Assembly: GCF_009914755.1 (NCBI RefSeq)
Contig: NC_060946.1
Reading direction: 5' to 3' (one strand)
Source of the DNA: the human T2T-CHM13v2.0 reference genome, Homo sapiens
DNA length: 64,000 bases
Shown here piece after piece: positions 57,401-64,000 of this stretch; within the stretch, counting starts at the first letter, position 1; each line of letters opens with the position of its first letter. Under the pieces are notes generated by a model. The model ran no database searches and was not told the DNA's origin. It saw only the letters and a list, made by a program, of their open reading frames with translations. Made by a program: the position numbers and the translations under genes.

Positions 57401-60400
57401 AGGCTTTGCGTACAGGGGGCTTTGTGACATACCTTTGCACTGATCACCCAGGTGATGTAACACATCTAAGTTCGGCCTAAAGGAGCTTTGTGACATATCT
57501 CTGCACTGATCACTTAGGTGATGTAACACTTTTATAATCACTGCCTACAGGGAATTTTGACCAATCTCTGCACTGATCACCTAGGTGATGTAACTCTTGT
57601 CTACCCTCTGTCCAACGGAGCATTGTGAAATATCTCTGCACTGATCACCCAGGTGATTCAACTCTTGACTAGGAACTGCCTACAGAGGTTATTGTGAAAT
57701 ATCTCTGCACTGATAAACTAGGTGGTGTAACCCTTGTCCAAGCTCTGCCTACAGGGGCGTTTCCACATATCCCTGAACTGATGACAAAGGTGATGTAACT
57801 CTTGCCTAGGCTTTGCCTACAGGGAACATTGGACATATATCTGCACTGATCACCCAGGTGATGCAACTCTTGCCTAGGCTTTGCCTACAGGGGACATTGT
57901 GACATATCTCTTCAATGATCACTCATGTGATGCATCTCTTGCCTAGGCTTTGCCTACAGGGGACATTGTGACATATCTCTGCAATGATCTCCCAGGTGAT
58001 GTAATTTAGTCTAGGCTCTGGCTACACGGCATTGTGACCTACCTCTGCACTGATCACCCAGGTGATATAACTCTTCTCTAGGATCTGCCTACAGGGTACT
58101 TTGTGAAATATCTCTGCACTGATCACCCAGGTGATCTAACTCTGGTCTAAGCTCTGCCTAAAGGGCCATTGTGACAGATCTCTGCACTGATCACTCTGGT
58201 GATGTAAGTATTGTCTAGGCTCTGCTTCAAGGGGCCTTGTCACATATCTCTGCACTGATCACCCAGGTGATGTAACTCTTGTCTAGGCTCTGCTTCCAGG
58301 GCATATTGTGACATATCTATGCACTGATCACCTTAGTGATGTAACACTTTGGTAGGCTCGGCCGACAGAGGAATCTTGACATATCTCTGCACAGTTAACC
58401 GGGGTGATTTAACTCTTGTCTAGGCTGTGCCCACAGGGGGATTGAGACATATCTCTGCACTGATCCCGAGGTGATACAACTCTTGCCTGGTCTCTGCCTA
58501 CTGGGGACATTGTGACATATCTCTGCACTGATCTCCCAGGTGCTGTAACTTTAGTCTAGGCTCTGGCTACACGGCATTGTGACATATCACTGCACTGATC
58601 ACCCAGGCGATATAACTCTTCTCTAGGATCTGACCACAGGGTGCTTTGTGACATATCCCTGCAATGATCACCCAGGTGATATACCACTTGCCAAGGCTCT
58701 GCCTACAGGGGCATTGCAGTGTATCTCTGCACTGATCACCTAGGTCTTGTAGCTATTTTCTAGGATCTGCCTCCAGGGTGCTTTGTAACGTGTCCCAGCA
58801 AGGATTACCCAGGTGACGTACCTCTCATCAAGGCTCTGCCTACAGGCACATTGTGATGTATCTCTGCACTGATCACCTCGGTCATTTAACTTTTTTCTAG
58901 GCTCTACCTACGATGGCATTGTGACATATCTCTGCACTAATCATCCAAGTGATGTAACTCTTGTCTAGGATGTGCCTAAATTAACTTTTTGACATAACCC
59001 TGTACTGATCATCCAGGTGATGGAGCTTTTGTCTAGGCTCTGCCTAAGGGGGCATTGTGACATATTTCTGCATTGATCACCCAGGTGGCGAACTCTTGTC
59101 TCGGATCTGCCTATGGGGGCATTGTGAGAAATCTCTGCACTGATCACCCAGGTGATGTAACTGTTGTGTAACCTCTGCCTACAGGGGAATTGTGAGAGAT
59201 CTCGTCACTCATTACCCAAGTGATGTAACCATTGTCTAGGCTTTGCGTACAGGGGGCTTTGTGACATACGTTTGCACTGATCACCCAGGTGATGTAACAC
59301 CTAAGTTCGGCCTAAAGGAGCTTTGTGACATATCTCTGCACTGATCACTTAGGTGATGTAACACTTTTATAATCACTGCCTACAGGGAATTTTGACAAAT
59401 CTCTGCACTGATCACCTAGGTGATGTAACTCTTGTCTACCCTCTGTCCAACGGGGCATTGTGAAATATCTCTGCACTGATCACCCAGGTGATTCAACTCT
59501 TGACTAGGAACTGCCTACAGAGGTTATTGTGAAATATCTCTGCACTGTTAAACTAGGTGGTGCAACCCTTGTCCAAGCTCTGCCTACAGGGGCGTTTCCA
59601 CATATCCCTGAACTGATGACAAAGGTGATGTAACTCTTTCCTAGGCTTTGCCTACAGGGAACATTGGACATATATCTGCACTGATCACCCAGGTGATGCA
59701 ACTCATGCCTAGGCTTTGCCTACAGGGGACATTGTGACATATCTCTTCAATGATCACTCATGTGATGCATCTCTTGCCTAGGCTTTGCCTACAGGGGACA
59801 TTGTGACATATCTCTGCACTGATCTCCCAGGTGCTGTAACTTTAGTCTAAGCTCTGGCTACACGGCATTGTGACCTACCTCTGCACTGATCACCCAGGTG
59901 ATCTAACTCTGGTCTAAGCTCTGCCTAAAGGGGCATTGTGACAGATCTCTGCACTGATCACTCTGGTGATGTAAGTATTGTCTAGGCTCTGCTTCAAGGG
60001 GCCTTGTCACATATCTCTGCACTGATCACCCAGGTGATGTAACTCTTGTCTAGGCTCTGCTTCCAGGGCATATTGTGACATATCTATGCACTGATCACCT
60101 TAGTGATGTAACACTTTGGTAGACTCGGCCGACAGGGGAATCTTGACATATCTCTGCACAGTTAACCGGGGTGATTTAACTCTTGTCTAGGCTGTGCCCA
60201 CAGGGGGATTGAGACATATCTCTGCACTGATCCCGAGGTGATACAACTCTTGCGTGGTCTCTGCCTACTGTGGACATTGTGACATATCTCTGCACTGATC
60301 TCCCAGGTGCTGTAACTTTAGTCTAGGCTCTGGCTACACGGCATTGTGACATATAACTGCACTGATCACCCAGGCGATATAACTGTTCTCTAGGATCTGA

Positions 60401-63400
60401 CCACAGGGTGATTTGTGACATATCCCTGCAATGATCACCCAGGTGATATACCACTTGCCAAGGCTCTGCCTACAGGGGCATTGCAGTGTATCTCTGCACT
60501 GATCACCTAGGTCTTGTAGGTATTTTCTAGGATCTGCCTACAGGGTGCTGTGTGTCGTGTCCCAGCAAGGATTACCCAGGTGATGTACCTCTCATCAAGG
60601 CTCTCCCTACAGGCACATTGTGATGTATCTCTGCACTGATCACCTCGGTCATGTAACTTTTTTCTAGGCTCTACCTAGGATGGCATTGTGACATATCTCT
60701 GCACTAATCATCCAAGTGATGTAACTCTTGTCTAGGATGTGCCTAAGTTAACTTTTTGACATAACCCTGTACTGATCATCCAGGTGATGGAGCTTTTGTC
60801 TAGGCTCTGCCTAAGGGGGCATTGTGACATATTTCTGCATTGATCCCCCAGGTGGCGAACTCTTCTCTCGGATCTGCCTATGGGGGCATTGTGAGAAATC
60901 TCTGCACTGATCACCCAGGTGATGTAACTGTTGTGTAACCTCTGCCTACAGGGGAATTGTGAGAGATCTCGCCCCTGATTACCCAAGTGATGTAACCGTT
61001 GTCTAGGCTTTGCGTACAGTGGGCTTTGTGACATACCTTTGCACTGATCACCCAGGTGATGTAACACATCTAAGTTCGGCCTAAAGGAGCTTTGTGACAT
61101 ATCTCTGCACTGATCGCTTAGGTGATGTAACACTTTTATAATCACTGCCTACAGGGAATTTTGACAAATCTCTGCACTGATCACCTAGGTGATGTAACTC
61201 TTGTCTACCCTCTGTCCAACGGGGCATTGTGAAATATCTCTGCACTGATCACCCAGGTGATTCAACTCTTGACTAGGAACTGCCTACAGAGGTTATTGTG
61301 AAATATCTCTGCACTGATAAACTAGGTGGTGTAACCCTTGTCCAAGCTCTGCCTACAGGGGCGTTTCCACATATCCCTGAACTGATGACAGAGGTGATGT
61401 AACTCTTGCCTAGGCTTTGCCTACAGGGAACATTGGACATATGTCTGCACTGATCAACCAGGTGATGCAACTCTTGCCTAGGCTTTGCCTACAGGGGACA
61501 TTGTGACATACCTCTTCAATGATCACTCATGTGATGCATCTCTTGCCTAGGCTTTGCCTACAGGGGACATTGTGACATATCTCTGCACTGATCTCCCAGG
61601 TGCTGTAACTTTAGTCTAGGCTCTGGCTACACGGCATTGTGACATATCACTGCACTGATCCACCAGGTGATATAACTCTTGTATAGGCTCTGCCTAGAGG
61701 GGGATTGTGACCTACCTCTGCACTGATCACCCAGGTGATATAACTCTTCTCTAGGATCTTCCTACAGGGTACTTTGTGACATATCCCTGCACTGATCACC
61801 CAGGTGATCTATCTCTGGTCTAAGCTCTGCCTAAAGGGGCATTGTGACAGATCTCTGCACTGATCACTCAGGTGATGTAAGTATTGTCTAGGCTCTGCTT
61901 CAAGGGGCCTTGTCTCATATCTCTGCACTGATCACCCAGGTGATGTAACTCTTGTCTAGGCTCTGCTTCCAGGCCTTATTGTGACATATCTATGCACTGA
62001 TCACCTTAGTGATGTAACACTTTGGTAGGCTCGGTCTACAAGGGAATCTTGACATATCTCTGCACTGTTAACCGAGGTGATTTAACTCTTGTCTAGGCTG
62101 TGCCCACAGGGGGATTGAGACATATCTCTGCACTGATCCCGAGGTGATACAACTCTTGCCAGGTCTCTGCCTACTGTGGACATTGTGACATATCTCTGCA
62201 CTGATCTCCCAGGTGCTGTAACTTTAGTCTAGGCTCTGGCTACACGGCATTGTGACATATCACTGCACTGATCACCCAGGCGATATAACTCTTCTCTAGG
62301 ATCTGACCACAGGGTGCTTTGTGACATATCCCTGCAATGATCACCCAGGTGATATACCACTTGCCAAGGCTCTGCCTACAGGGGCATTGCAATGTATCTC
62401 TGCACTGATCACCTAGGTCTTGTAGCTATTTTCTAGGATCTGCCTACAGGGTGCTTTGTGACGTGTCCCAGCAAGGATTACCCAGGTGATGTACCTCTCA
62501 TCAAGGCTCTGCCTACAGGCACATTGTGATGCAGCTCTGCACTGATCACCTAGGTCATGTAAATTTTGTCTAGGCTCTACCTACGATGGCATTGTGACAT
62601 ATCTCTGCACTAATCATCCAAGTGATGTAACTCTTGTCTAGGATGTGCCTAAATTGACTTTTTGACATAACCCTGTACTGATCATCCAGGTGATGGAGCT
62701 TTTGTCTAGGCTCTGCCTAAGGGGGCATTGTGACATATTTCTGCATTGATCCCCCAGGTGGCGAACTCTTCTCTCGGATCTGCCTATGGGGGCATTGCGA
62801 GAAATCTCTGCACTGATCACCCAGGTGATGTAACTGTTGTGTAACCTCTGCCTACAGGGGAATTGTGAGAGATTTCGCCACTGATTACCCAAGTGATGTA
62901 ACCGTTGTCTAGGCTTTGCGTACAGGGGGCTTTGTGACATACCTTTGCACTGATCACCCGGGTGATGTAACACATCTAAGTTCGGCCTAAAGGAGCTTTG
63001 TGACATATCTCTGCACTGATCGCTTAGGTGATGTAACACTTTTATAATCACTGCCTACAGGGAATTTTGACAAATCTCTGCACTGATCACCTAGGTGATG
63101 TAACTCTTGTCTACCCTCTGTCCAACGGGGCATTGTGAAATATCTCTGCACTGATCACCCAGGTGATTCAACTCTTGACTAGGAACTGCCTACAGAGGTT
63201 ATTGTGAAATATCTCTGCACTGATAAACTAGGTGGTGTAACCGTTGTCCAAGCTCTGCCTACAGGGGCGTTTCCACATATCCCTGAACGGATGACAGAGG
63301 TGATGTAACTCTTGCCTAGGCTTTGCCTACAGGGAACATTGGACATATATCTGCACTGATCACCCAGGTGATGCAACTCTTGCCTAGGCTTTGCCTACAG

Positions 63401-64000
63401 GGGACATTCTGACATATCTCTCCAATGATCACACATGTGATGCATCTCTTGCCTAGGCTTTGCCTACAGGGGACATTGTGACATATCTCTGCACTGATCT
63501 CCCAGGTGCTGTAACTTTAGTCTAGGCTCTGGCTACACGGCATTGTGACATATCACTGCACTGATCAACCAGGTGATATAACTCTTGTATAGGCTCTGCC
63601 TACAGGGGGATTGTGACCTACCTCTGCACTGATCACCCAGGTGATATAACTCTTCTCTAGGATCTTCCTACAGGGTATTTTGTGACATATCCCTGCACTG
63701 ATCACCCATGTGATCTATCTCTGGTCTAAGCTCTGCCTAAAGGGGCATTGTGACAGATCTCTGCACTGATCACTCAGGTGATGTTAGTATTTTCTAGGCT
63801 CTGCTTCAAGGGGCCTTGTCACATATCTCTGCACTGATCACCCAGGTGATGTAACTCTTGTCTAGGCTCTGCTTCCAGGGCATATTTTGACATATCTATG
63901 CACTGATCACCTTAGTGATGTAACACTTTGGTAGGCTCGGCCTACAGGGGAATCTTGACATATCTCTGCACTGTTAACCGAGGTGATTTAACTCTTGTCT

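Larger units (their letters stand above)
9615..64000 (+). repeat. Beta satellite HOR array, right of the L1; 27-mer and 28-mer HORs plus 19/21/26-mer variants, same orientation throughout
   Basis: Landmark positions: 9834, 11672, 13510, 15347, 17185, 19091, 20928, 22766, 24672, 26509, 28347, 30253, 32159, 34065, 35971, 37877, 39783, 41689, 43595, 45496, 46788, 48216, 50053, 51889, 53795, 55701, 57128, 58965, 60732, 62638. Spacings are 1836-1838, 1901-1906, 1292, 1427/1428 and 1767. Confidence 0.97.

Overview
This is human (hominid) heterochromatic DNA. About 58 kb is a single-orientation array of the 68-bp beta satellite (BSR/Beta, Sau3A family). The array is built from a higher-order repeat (HOR) of 27 monomers (1836-1838 bp) or 28 monomers (1906 bp), with 19-, 21- and 26-mer deletion variants and larger nested duplications (5581 bp x3, plus pairs at offsets of 11590, 8912 and 10749 bp). 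One full-length L1HS retrotransposon interrupts it on the minus strand (3555-9614). It carries Ta-0 diagnostics and an 18-bp target-site duplication. ORF2 (1275 aa) and ORF0 are intact, but ORF1 is frameshifted by one extra A just after its start codon. The poly(A) tail is interrupted by TATGCT, possibly a micro 3' transduction. No host genes are present, and the many short repeated ORFs are satellite artefacts. I found no new enzymatic system. The most interesting signals are the ORF2-only L1 with promoters facing into satellite, the readable recombination history of the array, and a conserved dyad motif in the monomer. All comparisons were made by eye, and reference L1 sequences are recalled from memory.
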